Part shown: positions 25,414 through 38,772 of the stretch, one piece after another | Position numbering within the stretch: position 1 is the stretch's first letter | Layout: every line of letters begins with the position of its first letter | Source of the DNA: Daphnia carinata | Lineage: Eukaryota | Length of the DNA stretch: 64,000 nt | NCBI RefSeq assembly: GCF_022539665.2 | Contig: NC_081331.1 | Location: 6,820,001 to 6,884,000, forward strand | Reading direction: 5' to 3' | Made by a program: the position numbers and the translations under genes | Notes under the pieces: generated by a model | What the model saw: the letters and a program-made list of their open reading frames with translations, nothing else | Told to the model about the DNA's origin: nothing | Databases searched by the model: none

Positions 25414-26998
25414 GTGAGTTTCTTTCATTTTTCTTTCTTTCTTCTTTATCCAGACAACTGTAATAACTAATATTAGACATATTAGCATCTACGTACTCGT
25501 TTTGGTTTTGTTTTTTTTTTCCCCAAAAGAATTTGAAAAAACACGAGTCGGACACGCACGACGTCTGATTAAAAGAGAGTGCTCGCCATTGACGGTCTTT
25601 ATAGTCAACCGAGTCAAATATACTCTAGTTCGGCGTTACGAGTAACTGTGTAACGATCGTCCGACACGATACCAATTCATTACCTGTCGCCGCGCGACCC
25701 GCTCCGTTTCCGCCACTAATTTTTTTTTTTTTTTTTTCTAGCTTGATTCTAACTACCCAATAACACTACATCGGTGCGTTATTACCTACATAGCTGCTTG
25801 TTAGCGTGCCAAACAGCGCCAGTTCGGCGTCTGCGTTATTTAGTTAACTGTATCGTTCGTTTTTTTTTGTTTTTTTTTAATACGTCGGTACGGTGGTGTA
25901 GGCTAATGAAGCGGCGGCGATTCGGGTCGCTTCAGCGTCTTGCAATTGCCAGGGCGTTTATGAGTCCAAGAATTTCAAATGCATCGTGAAACGGCACCCA
26001 CACCTGCCGCCCCCTGCGTGAAACGTCTATGGTTCGGGCCTTCCACAACTCGGCCTGGATTTTTTCTACGCATTTCATTCGGTGGATGGCCCGTACCGTT
26101 GGGTGTAGGGTCAAGACGCATAGGTGGTTAATGGTTAATTAATTGATACCTCCCTTTTCTTTTTAACCCGCAGTTCAGCTGTTGGAAGGATGAAACAAAC
26201 AGTAATATTTTAATACCAAATGAAGAAGAGTGCGTTTCCTATAGATTATGTACGTGTAACGTGTGATGATGAGTGTAATAAAAAAAGGAGTCAGGAGAAC
26301 GAGAAGGCGCGGGAGGTCTCGAACGATGTTATATATAGATAATCGAGCGGCGTGAAGAGAGAGGACAGACGCTTTACACGAGCACCAGACCAAACTAAAT
26401 CGCAAAGGGGCAGCGATGGAAAAAAAAAAACGAATAAGATGACGATGGCTATACGACTCTTGGTGCTGGTAGAAAAAGAAAAAAAAAATGCGCCGTGTGT
26501 TGCGGGACCGCCGACACGGAACAGCTCATAAATTTTCATCTCCAACCCAACCCTAAAATCAGAGAATTAACAAAGGAGAATAATAAAGGCGAAGAGCAGA
26601 CTTTTCAATTATTGAAGAAGGCGAGAATTGTGTGTAGGAGATGCACCAAACAAATCCAAGTAGCCAAGACACTACCGTCTATAAGAGCAGCATATGATCC
26701 ACGGACGGGGAGGGGCAGCCGGTAAGGCGGTTGCGTTGCCCTGTAATTAAGTCACGCACTGGTGTAGAGCCATAGATCTTGTGGTCATCGCGCAAAACTA
26801 GTTAGAACGTTGTATATAGAACAACAGCGTTCAATTTTCGGGTTTAATTTCCTTTTTGTTTTGGGTTTCTCCTGACGTCGGCGGGATAAAAAAAAAAAAG
26901 CCCTCTATTTACCGTGATTACGCTGAAATTAATCAGATTTGAAAGTGCTGAAAATACAGAGAAATCTCATTTCAGCTTTATTGTTCTAATTAAACTAG

Positions 26999-27770
26999 GG
27001 ATGGAATGGACGGCATGGCGGATTACATTCGAGCGCCATCGAGAATGTTCCCCGATGTGTCCGATTTCGAAGCGGCTGGATTTTTGAGCAGCGAGAAAAT
27101 GCGCAGCCTCGGCCTACATCATCCGCACAATCAGCACCCGTTCGGAGGGTCCATTCACTCGCAAAATTCAAACAATCCTCGCTTACCGCCAATGCCGCTG
27201 GCCACTATCCAGCAGCACTTGTTCGCCCTCCAGCAACGCACCAACGGCTATCCTATCATGCCATCGCCTTCTTCCGCCGTGTCGTCAAACGGAGGCGGAA
27301 GCAACAACCAATTATTACCCATGCCGTTCCCGCATCATTTGCTGTCGCAATGGACGCTGGCCGCAGCCGCCGGATTCGGTTTCAATCAGCTGGGATTGTT
27401 CGGATTGGGCGGATTACCAAACGCCGGATTGACAGGTCTGCAGCAACCGAGCGTGAATCCTAGTTCGTCAGTATCACCTCCACACTCGACTCGACAGCCG
27501 AGCCCGATGGCAAGGCCGCCGTCGGTTACGGCCACTGTCACCGGTGCTGTCGCTCACCTGCCTTGCCTGTCGGGCGAGAGGAGCGATCCGGTGACCGTTG
27601 CGAAGGGCCACAATCCGTCGCATCGCCAACACCACCGATTCAGCCCCTATCCGGCCATCAACATGACTAGCAGTAAGATGATAACGCATGGCAACGGTGT
27701 GAACTACACGGATGACCCGTCGGATCGTTCACCTGCCTCGGCCGGTTCTAAACTGACTTTTGATAAGTGA
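26999..27770 (+). CDS. H15: Tbx20/H15/midline paralog B, terminal coding exon (P/S/H-rich C-terminal region)
   Basis: ACTAG acceptor ending at 26998 gives the in-frame R-D-G-M junction; long open frame with HHRFSPYP; TGA ends at 27770; total spliced CDS 2166 nt. Confidence 0.88.
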
Positions 27771-28384
27771 AAGGGGCGAGAGAGGGGAGGGTATGCAACA
27801 TTACAGATGCACACCTGCATCAGTGTATTGTATCACAGATGAATAAACAAAAGGTTGACATTTTATACAGTAACTTGGCATGACAGCACGTCGTTTGCTG
27901 ATCATCGTCCGACCGGCTTTGTTCGGTTTTTATTTTTTATTATTATTTCTGTGACTCGTTGTTTTTAATTTATTTTTATTATTTCTTTTTTTTACCCATT
28001 TCTTATATTGACATATTCTTATACTCTCTATATGACTTCAGTGTTCATTGTTTTGTTTTTTTTTCTTTTTTCTTTTTGTTTTGCAAGTTGGGCCACTCCC
28101 TGTTGACGCGTATACACAGTCTAAATTGAAAATAGAGTATTTTGTCGTGGCATTTTTTGATGTTATTTGTTGGTTGGATTTCTATAACGTCGTGCTTCCT
28201 CACTCCCAGTCCCTCTATTTTGGGCTATTTTTTTTTTAGTTTCATCTTCTATTTTTTTCTGTCTTCCTCGATCTGTTTTTTCAGCTTGTTTAGCTGCAAC
28301 GCTGTACAGTCCTTAATACTTTATATACACTGAATAGACCGTCTCGATGTTATTTATTCGAAATCTTTATTACATTGAAAAATC

Positions 28385-28390
28385 AATAAA
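28385..28390 (+). terminator. Candidate polyadenylation signal of paralog B (alternatives 27842-27847 and 28452-28457)
   Basis: AATAAA following a U-rich 3'UTR-like stretch. Confidence 0.4.
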
Positions 28391-31300
28391 AAAAGAGCGA
28401 AACCATTATTCTTGAAAACTATCATCACGGAAAACAAAAGCCACGTACTCCAATAAAGTTAAAACAGTTCAATCAATGATGATTTAAGAACTGGGGATCT
28501 ATAAATAAAACTTTCTATCGCACACGAAAAAAGAAATTGCGGCAAAAAGAAAATAGAAAATGACTTTCCCTTCCTTTAATCGCTTTCATGTGCCCAAAGC
28601 ATTTTTTTTTTTTTTTTAGTTCGCATCAAGCGCCAATGGCCAAGTGAAACTTTCAAAGTTTATTCTCAACCACACACGTACACCATTTTTTTTTATTGCA
28701 GAAAGGCCAAATGAGATTGTTATGACGTTTTCTCACCGACGCGGTTTGCTCCGGCAAAGCCTAATCAAGACATTCTGTGGTTTAGACACCCCGTCTGTGA
28801 AGGATAAACAACACAATATATAGCGCTTGACGATCACAAATCAAAGGACGAAACGCTTTGATCGCAATGTCATGGGCACACAAAGAAATGGCCGATAGTC
28901 ACCTCCCCTCCGTCATCATTTTCAGAAAGAAAAGGGAGTCGCCTAAATGTGTTATTACACATCGTATGCATTGTGCATTTGCCATCTCACGAATTGGGGC
29001 TCGGCTTCGACAAAGCTGAAAGATTCCTATATCGATAGGCGGTGTGTGTGTGTGTCAAAAACGAAGATAAAATAAAAAAAAACACGCCCAAATGACATGG
29101 AGATATTCTTGTAATTTAATTTTTCTTTCCCCAAAGCTAGTGGTTGTATGTAAACACGTACGTTTGTAGATAAATTGTGTACGATATCTTGCTGTAGGGT
29201 GCGATAGCGTATCACAATTAACCCTGCTATTGTGTTGAAGCGCAAAGGCAGCACATTGCCACGATTTTCCGATGCGTTCTCGCGTTGTAAAAATACTTGT
29301 ACAACAACCACAAACATTAGAAGTAGACTGTCATATGTGGGGGGGGGGGGGGGGAGGGAGACGCGAAAGAGAAGAAACATTTCAGCTGATTCACTGTCTA
29401 AGCGATATCGCGATGAATCCAACGCTCCCACCTCCAGCACACCTACATCCCTACCAATCAATTACTTCAATTTTCTTTTCTATACCGTCCATAGCTGCGG
29501 GTGCCAATTAAAGCCATTGTTAAAAACGTTACAAGAAATTACCCGTAACATAGGCAATGGAGGAAAAGATAGACGAGGGTTGCGCTTCAGTCGGTCGGAT
29601 CTCGTCCGGTAGATAATTTTAGCTGTACTAATACGCGCACTGTAAAATGCTGATGGCATGTATTTACTGCCTACCACTAAACGCGCTCTATTATATAACA
29701 ACAGTGTGCGTTTGATACAAACGAAATTTTTTTTTCGTAGCCATCGACAATAAAGGAGGGAAATAGAGACGAAAATGAAAATATATTAAGTCTATAATGG
29801 TGTAAACTTTCACCAGAGAACTTTGCGGTATCCATTTACGAACATTGCGGTTGTTGTTGTTGCTTGTTTTTTTCTAGCAAACCTTCCCTACGTTCTGCCA
29901 CAACAGCAGACAATCAACTCATCACCACCCAATAAAGCAGCTCGTCCAGTCTCATTACAACGCTTTTGTATAGACTAAACAAAATATTACGAAGAGAGAA
30001 AAAAAGAAGGTAACAGAATACCGACGTGATATACTCCAATGTGATGGGATCGACCGTCACGCAGCACTTCCTCGTTCTCTTCGTTTTGGTTAGACCCGCC
30101 AATTGTGTGTGTGTGTGACAGCACGCACCGGTGTTGATTGTGTTACATACACCTCGGCTATGATTGAGGGTTTGAAAATGAAATCATCTGATCCATTGTT
30201 GTCGTGTGAACGTATTATTTATCCTCTCTTTCGTGTTATTGCGCTGTTCATGTACACTCGGTTCGACCCTCCTTCGGCTAATGATCTTTAATAGCGCCAA
30301 GGGAGGCGGAAGCTGGTGCTTCAGAGCCGCGAACTCCGGAAGTCATCCGAAACCTCTTCTTTAAAAAAAAAAGTATAAACAAAAACACCCACAGTCTCAC
30401 TAGGTAGGTAATAGACCGAAAAGAGAGCGAGGGAGAAGAACACAGAGTGAGGTATTCGGAGACGCGCTTGTTCTTGGTATCGCTACAAGGGGAAAAGATA
30501 AAAAGAAAAAAAAAAAAAAAAAGGAATAAGTATGTAAATATAGCCCGTTGTCTCAGTGTGTGTGTGTGTGGCGTAGGCGTCGGCGGTCGTCGTCGAGACT
30601 TGACACTCTTTGTCAAGCGTGACGCGCGCATATTTTGTCACGCTCACGCCATACCTTCTCATTTTTTTTTTTTGTTTCTTTTTTTCTCGTCTTGCTCGGG
30701 TATTTCAGCATATACATATGGAAGTGCTCGACAATCATTCTGTCGCCTAACGGGGAAAAACGACGCCGACATCGCAGTCGCCCAAGAAGCGCCCACCCAA
30801 ATACACACGGGGCACATCTATGGAAAATTACAGTAATAAATGGATATGTTAAAAATGCGCTATGAATTATTATGACCACCGATAGCACCAGCGGTGGGGG
30901 GACCCATTGCCCGATTTGGCCCACATCATCAAGACATGCTCGTTATGGCACGAGGAGCGATGGATAAGGGCCAAACTTAACTGCTTAGAAATGTTGGAGA
31001 AAAAGACGTAGAAGACAATCCGAGAGCGTAAAAAATGACGTCACACGCAACAATTATTGAAGAGCGTGTCAAAAGAGAATTGAGGTATTTTTGGGATACC
31101 TAAACATTGGTGCTAGATTGAAGGATGGGAAGCCATCGAACAACGAGAGGGTGGTGTCATTGATTAGAAAAAAAAGAGGGGGGGGCAACGTCGAGCTGTT
31201 GAACGACATCTTCCTGAAACTGTCTGGCCTCTCTTATCTGCTGCTCTGCCGTCGTCGCTAACGAACTCTGTGTGTTGGCTGATTACGACCTCCTAGCTGG

Positions 31301-34300
31301 TCGTATGCCTTCAACTTGTGTGTCTCATATATAGAAAACAATTCAAGGAAGACAGCAGCAGCAACAAAAAGGACTGGCGCGCGGTCGTTAGCCACCCGAT
31401 GACAGACAAACGATTCCTAATTACATATCTCTCTGAAAGGAAGAAGAAATAAAGACGAAAAAAAAGAAGAACAAAAAAAAAAGATAAACTAAAAGATAAA
31501 AGAATGGCCAAAGAAAATCTAAATATGTGCCGGGGTAGGTGGAGGGGCGAAAAGAAAAAAAAAGGAGCATTCCTCTACTCGTGTATTTATACATACATAT
31601 ATGCGTGTATAAATATATGTGTATGCGTGTTGTTTCGGATGCATAGGGTGCCTTCTGGTGTGGCTGCTGCTGACTTTGGCACGTCGCGGGCCGCATGTCG
31701 TCAAACTAGCGCTCCGTCTCACACTCGGAGACACGGTCTCGCCCCGAGCTCGACACGACGACACCCCAACCGTAGCCATCATCAAGGCATCTTGGTCATT
31801 GCCAAGAGAAAGAACCTGTCCACCATCCGCCGTATATATAAATATATACGATGCACCATTATTCAAAATTGCGCAGAGGGAACGGGCGCCGACTCGTTCT
31901 TCATTCCTGTTGTCTTTTGTTTGTTTGGTTCTGTTTTCCAACACTCTTTTCTCAAACAGCTTTGACGTTCGTTAATCAAAAGCATCGAAAAGTGCGTTCC
32001 TTTTTTAAAAAATATTTTTTATTTTCTATTTGCTGTTTTTGTTTGTTCCATCTTTCTCTTTCTTCAGTACACACATCATCCGCTCCAGAAGCAGCGGACG
32101 TGTAAATCATTGCATCTGATTTATGTGAGCCAATCTAATATTCAAAACTAAGATAGAGAAAAAAAAAACAAGAAGGGAATCAAAAAACGAGAAAAACAAG
32201 GCAAAGTAGATTGTTATAAGAAAACAAACAAATGGAGAACAAAATTTTACGAAAATCGGCTGGACAGTTGGAACAGGAGACGTGACTTGAAGTACGACAC
32301 AGATGATCTGGCCTTCGTGTCAAAAAATGATTATCTACTGAAGACGAAGGGTGTCGCATCGTAACAGGTGATACGAACACATTCTCGTGACATAAGGTTT
32401 ATCTATTCTTTTTTTTTTCTATTAAATGAACAGGCAAAATAATTGACCCTAGCAAGTATCTGCATTAAAAAAAGAGAAAACCAAATTCTTCAAAATCCTT
32501 AAAAATCGCCAACAGCGGTCCATCCCGCGTTCTTTATTAACAATTCAAATGTTCATGATTTTTTAATGAAATATAAACATACTTTTATGCAGCATTTTTA
32601 AATCGTTAGATGATCCGCCTTAGTCTCATTTACCAGACGCTGAACTGGGAATGATTACAATGTAACAGATAATTGGGGAATAGGTATGCCATGTTCGCTC
32701 CGCCCGACTACTTTTGCGCTGTTTTTCTCAATCTGAATATTTGTTGTGATGTCCACTTTTTTTTTTTATTTTCAAACAAAAAGTGAGGAATAATATAAAA
32801 AAAAAAAGATGGGGAAAAGAGCTGGCGCTTATTCAAAAGATGATCCGCTCTGCACTGCCTCTCGCCACCGCCGCAACTCACGACAGAGTTCCATTCATTC
32901 CTGGCGAGAGTTATATATGTATTTACGTCGTTTCTAAAAGTACGAAACGGAGACAAAAAAAAAAGACAAACATAGTTGATGCAAGCGAGAAAAAGAAAAA
33001 GAAAGAGCGCATAGCAAAGGCATAATTTAAAACAAAAAAAAAAAGGGGAAAAAAAAAACGAGACAACAAAAACATGTAGTTGGAAAGAGTTTAACCAGCA
33101 GACAGAAGAGTTAGAATAGCAACGGAAAATAGACGAGGATTAACTCATTTGACAGCGTCGTCACGTGTTGATTTAGAACGGTCCTTTTTTTTTTTTTTGC
33201 TTCTCTCCATCCTTTTCGAAAAACCCATTCACAAAATATTTAGATGTACATAAGCGAGACGTGAGACGACGGAAGGGCGGACAACACATAGCCCGTTTGC
33301 TGGCACGTGCGGCCGTCACTTTCAAAGCCATTTCGCTCATCCATTTTTTTTTCTTTTTTACTCTTGTCATTTCGTATTTCTCAGCTGCTAGTTCTTCTCC
33401 AGAAAGATGAGCACTTCATTCAGATTATTTCGTACCAAATCGAAAAACTTTTTTTTTTTTGAATTCATTCATTCCAATTGGATATTTTTATAACTCAGGC
33501 CTATCTGGCAGCCATTGCTTGAATGAACTCCATTAGTTACGGTGAGCGAATAAGATTGCTGTTTGTATTTTTTCCAGCAATAGATCTATACTCTAATGCT
33601 TTTCTTATGGTCATCGGCTTCTGTACAACAAACCGCCCATCTGTGGTATATAATGCAAACTTTTTTTTTCCCCACAATAAACGACATGGCCATCAAGTTC
33701 ATAATGCTGCATCTATAGGCCTGTATGGCCTTAAGTTCTATGCACTGGATTCCTTTGAAGGCGGCAAGACCAGTGAGAACGCCCAGGTATTATAGTAGTC
33801 GCAAAATCCTCCTCAAAAAGAGGCAATTGTAAGAAGCAAACACTAGATTCGATTCATTGATTTGACCAGCTTGCAATACACTATTCAAACCAATTCAAGC
33901 ACCGCCCAAAACTTAAAGAGCCTAAACAGCCTTTGGATAAAAAGAAATAGACTAAAAAGACTCGATACTTTTCAATGTTTGACAATAGGAAGAACTATAA
34001 ACTGATCCATTCCGATGAATGTGTATACACTCTTGAGTTGAGTGTCTTCTCATTCTAAAGCGGCCCACGGTGCTCTCCAGCTACGACGGCCAACAATAGG
34101 GGCTCACCGCCCTTCTCAGCAAGAGCTAAAGCAGCACCAGCAGCTAACAGCAGCAGCTTTTTAGTAGTTCATGGTGGTATGTGTTGTGCCCTGTACCACG
34201 TGTCATGCTGTTGCTTCCCCTTTTTTTTGTTTTCATGTTCTTCTACATCTACCTTATTCTACTTGGGATTCCTTTGGTCCGTCCTTTTCTCTTCAAAAAG

Positions 34301-37300
34301 AGATAAATTGTGGCTGGAAAAAATGGAGGCCGTGCCGTATTGCTCTCTGCTGGCGAACAACAATAGAGTGTCACGGCGAGGGGGCGTTGTTACTGTATGT
34401 GGCAGCAAACGACGAGGAAGCTGCGTGAGGTCGCCCGGCGCCCTCCCAAGCTATTCGACGATGAAGAGAGTGCGAGAGAGAGAGAAACAGCCCCCACAAA
34501 AAAAGACAACATGCACAGCTGGGTTGGTGGGTCAGGCGCGTGACCTTTAACACCGGCCCGTATACGTACCCGATATGAATCTCTTCTAGCCGTGCATTTT
34601 CTTTCTTTTTTTTTTTTATAAATCCATATTTTACGAGCTATGCGCGTACAAATGTCACCTATACTAAAGCCAATCTCAAAAGGAAATTCATACTACCATG
34701 GAACGTCTAGACCAGTTGAAAGGCACACGAATGTCAGCCATTAAATGGCAGAGCATTCGTTTGTTAATAAACTGAAACATGCTGTGCATTTCAACCCAAC
34801 TTGAAATCAAAATTAAGTAGTAAGTCTAGAGTGTTAAGGTGTAAATTAGCACATTTATCAGTTGGTAAGGTAACATGTCTGCATTGAGTTTTTCCTTCAG
34901 TATTCGGCCGGTTTGTCGTACTCTCTTTTTAGTTTCTTTCTTTTTCTAAGAAGAGATAACACTGGATTATGGAACTAATTCTTTGCTTTCGTTCATGAAC
35001 TACTGGACGAAAAGACCCTCGGTTGCTTTCCATAATACAAAGTGCGGTGCATCCTTCTTGGGGTAGCCTACATAGACCTCTAAATACCTGTGCGGATTTG
35101 TTGGAGTTGACTGCCAATCCATCACCGAAGATGGATGGACGTTGACCCTGACTCTGATTGTAAGGCTAGTGGGGAGAGTTAGAAAAAGAGAAAAGAGAGA
35201 GAATAGGGAGATAAAGAGAGAAAGAGGGAGACAAGAGAAAACCCTAACGGGCTGATTGGCCTACCGCGAAACATCCATTAGCTCCGGCAACCGGCCGAGC
35301 GGAGCGGCTGCGCTGCCTTGTGTCACACAATCATTGATAAATCAGTGACATCGGTCCTACCGCGGCCGTTCCATCAGCCTCCCCTATCCATGCCCCACTC
35401 TATAGATTTATATATAGAAAGCTTAGGGCTGTAATGTACTTTTGTACACAACGCTGGCCTACCCATTGGGTCATCCAATAATCATGGAACAATTTCCCCC
35501 TTGTCTTGTCGCGGTGTTCACACCATCACTCTTTCTACCACTTTTTTTTTCCTTTTTCTATATTCCACAGCCCTTAACTGAGGGGTTAGAAAATTGTACC
35601 GTCTCACCCCCCCCCCCCTCCAATCACTAAAAAGATCGAACGACGTTCCATTATATAAATATTTAGATGTCCAACGCCCTTCTCGGTTCGGTAGATAGAC
35701 ATCGTGTTACAATAAACGAAAGCGTTCTTTTGTGATAGACCAACACAATTGTGATGTCGTCGTACCTCGTGAAGATGAACAAAACTATCCGCACGTAAAA
35801 AGGGTAATTTAAAAAAACAGCCGGCGTACGTCGTAGTGATTATTAAGAATTGCGCACTACGTAAATTCTATTTAGATCGTATGCCGTTCTTCTAAGGTAA
35901 ATGTGCTTACACATCGATATTTTTAAGGATCGCTTGTAAATTATCATTTATCTAAATTCGTTTTGACAAACGAGAAAGGTGACTGTTGTTGATGAATTAC
36001 GGAATGGAGTAAGCGTGACAGAAACACTTGAGTCGTCCAATACATTAACGGCAAAGCACTGGGCGACTTGCATCCGTGGTATAACATACTGTTACATAAG
36101 ACTAACTGTACAACTCTTCATTGGTTAATGGACAAAAGACAAATGGTAGACTCTGACAAATAGGTCCTTGTACGTCGTCTAACATTCTTGTTAAGAAACT
36201 ATGCCGATAACGACTCGCCTTATGCTCCTTATGTTGATCAATAAGTTCTATCGTGTCCGTAGCCGATCTGCAGTTCTATTCTTTCGCTCTTTTCGAGTTT
36301 CAACTTAAATAACATTTTGCATCCCCACTTATCCGTAGTTATATTTTGAAAAAAATACATCGTACACATAAATCAAGAAGCTATTTTGTTGATAAAATGG
36401 AGGCGCGTAAGCACTTCAGACGTGTATATAAGCTTTACCGATAGGCTTCAAGAGTAAAAAGCTTCCGGAACATTAAAAAATACGGGCTGCAACACACAGA
36501 CCATGTACAGTCGGAACAACAAGACATAATAGGAGAGACTCTTTCTTTTTTTTTTTTTTTTTTTCTCTTTCATTTCCATTTTGTGAATGGCTAAGAGATC
36601 GGGTGTGGGTCGAAAGAGGAAGAGGAGGAGGACACACAAATATTTTTCCAAGCAACTAGCAAAAGAAAAGCGCCTGAGAAATGAAGAAAGGAGCAGAAGA
36701 GAAGGGAGAGGATAAACGAAAACAAAAATATTTAAAAGAAAAGTGAAAAGAAATAAAGGGGAATTCAGACAGAAAAAAGAAAACAGCTCCGTGAGTCGAT
36801 AGCATAGTTGATGGAAGTTATTTGTTCGTTATCAGATTGAAAGATCGGGTGCAGCAAGTCGACGCTGTATATAAGCAACAGCATCAGAAGTATATAGCCA
36901 GTCAGCCAGAAGAAAAGAGCCAGGATGAGCCGTTGCCAAGTCACAGCCATTTGCTCTATAGTGTCGTCCGATGCTTTATACAACGTATATGGGGCCACAT
37001 GCATACAAGATGATAAGTTTCTCTTTCTGACAGGTTGACAGGTGACTGACTTGCTCAGCGTCAGCAACGAGAAGGTGCGGAGTCGACAAGGTGAGCTCGC
37101 GCGGGCCAAATCTACGATGAATATCAGCCATCTCGCCGTCCGTTTGATGCGAGCGAGAAACGTCTTTTATCAGTTGTATGGATGCGAAAGAATTGAATAA
37201 AAAAAAAAGAGAACAACTCCCTTTTCTCTCGTTTAACTCGGGATAGATTTTCCCCCTTTCTAGTTCGATAATACGCGGCAAGAGTTTCGAAGCGGCCGTA

Positions 37301-38752
37301 TACACAATACACTATCTAGGCCCCTATCTGGCATTCCTACAGCTATATGAATATCTGATGGATGGATGTGTACACCAACTTGGTACGTGTTTTTTTTTTC
37401 TTTCCAGGCCGTGTTTCAAGTCACTTTACTTTCTATACCATATGCAGGGGAGTTTATCACTCAGGTGACCTTTATACAAAACTGTTTTACAGGTGCTCCA
37501 ACCCCTTTGCATGGGTTTTTTGAACACACACAGAGCGATATCATACGTATACTGAAATTCCTTCAACTTTATCATGGTATTACACCTCTCCTTGCATACA
37601 CCAACATCAAGAGACAACGAATGTTAGTCATGTCTCTGTTGGAACATTCGTTTTTATAGATGATATTAAATTTATTACACTTAATCGTTTTGAACGAGCA
37701 TTTAAATTATTATTTGTTCAACACATTTTCATCCAAATGAACTGACTGGAGAATTTTGTTATTAATAACGGAGCTCTTAAAGAATAACAGCGCAGTTATT
37801 ACAGCCATATGTTTAAAATCCAGAGGAAGGAAAGCAAGTTGTTTGAAAACTGGCCCTGTCAAATGACGAATCGCAAAATGATTACGTGCACGTCACGTAG
37901 GAATGAATGCGTAAGTCACGCAAGTCGAAAAAGAGCGAAAAAAAGGAGATCGCGGAGACGTGAAATGACCAGCAGATGGGTTGGGCTGTTTCAACATTGA
38001 AAGGGAAACTATCATCTCAGTTCAGCGAACCACGTAATGAAGTTTTGGGCCTTTCTTTTACGGTAGTGCCCTCCACCCTCTCTAGCTATTTAATGCGTTC
38101 TTATATCCTAACGCTAACGGTGGGGGGGCATTTTTGTTCTGCTGTCGACTTGCGAAAGGATCAGCTGCTGATGTGTATCGCTAACATAATGTAACACGCC
38201 ACGGCTATGCATCAAATAGGAAACATTCTGTGCGGGAATGTCACCGTATTTGAATAAATGGCCACGTTTATATATTTTTCTCTCCCAGCTGTACACGCGT
38301 GAATGGAATTCAATTAGAATTTATATTGCCCCATAGGCAACTCGGTAAGATCCGACAGCAGGAGCTGCTGCCGAATACGTTAGCGTTTGAAAACCGCCAA
38401 AGATGCTGGCGGGTTGACACGTCGAAGGGGGCATTCATCATCGCTGTTTTTCGTGTTCCTTGAAGTTTTGGAAGTCTGATGCATACTTACATATAGCCTC
38501 TGTCTAAAAAAAAGAGCATAGAGGCTTATCGTCCCATGTTCATCACAATCGACTGTTTCATATCAAGATTGGGGGCTGTTCTTTTCTGACAATCGACCTA
38601 TGACCTCCTCGGTGAAGTCCGCCTCTTCGTCATCCGATTGCTCACCTCAGATAGCCATCGCAAAAAAATAAAACCCCTCTATGGATATTACTAATCGATT
38701 TATCTAGTCATACCATCTAGAGGAGAAAGGCGGAATGCCTTCAGCCTCGTCC

Positions 38753-38772
38753 GAGAGAGAGAGAGAGAGAGA
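38753..38772. repeat. (GA)10 microsatellite
   Basis: Read directly from the sequence. Confidence 0.9.

Noticed and set aside
28261..28267. GY-box/miR-7 seed match (GTCTTCC) in the paralog B 3'UTR
   Set aside because: Single 7-mer with no conservation evidence
36822..37013. Exon-like frame LKDRVQQVDAVYKQQHQKYIASQPEEKSQDEP
   Set aside because: Isolated, with no partner exons or recognisable family
37356..37365. TGATGGATGG Exd-Labial consensus
   Set aside because: Single site within a short GATG repeat
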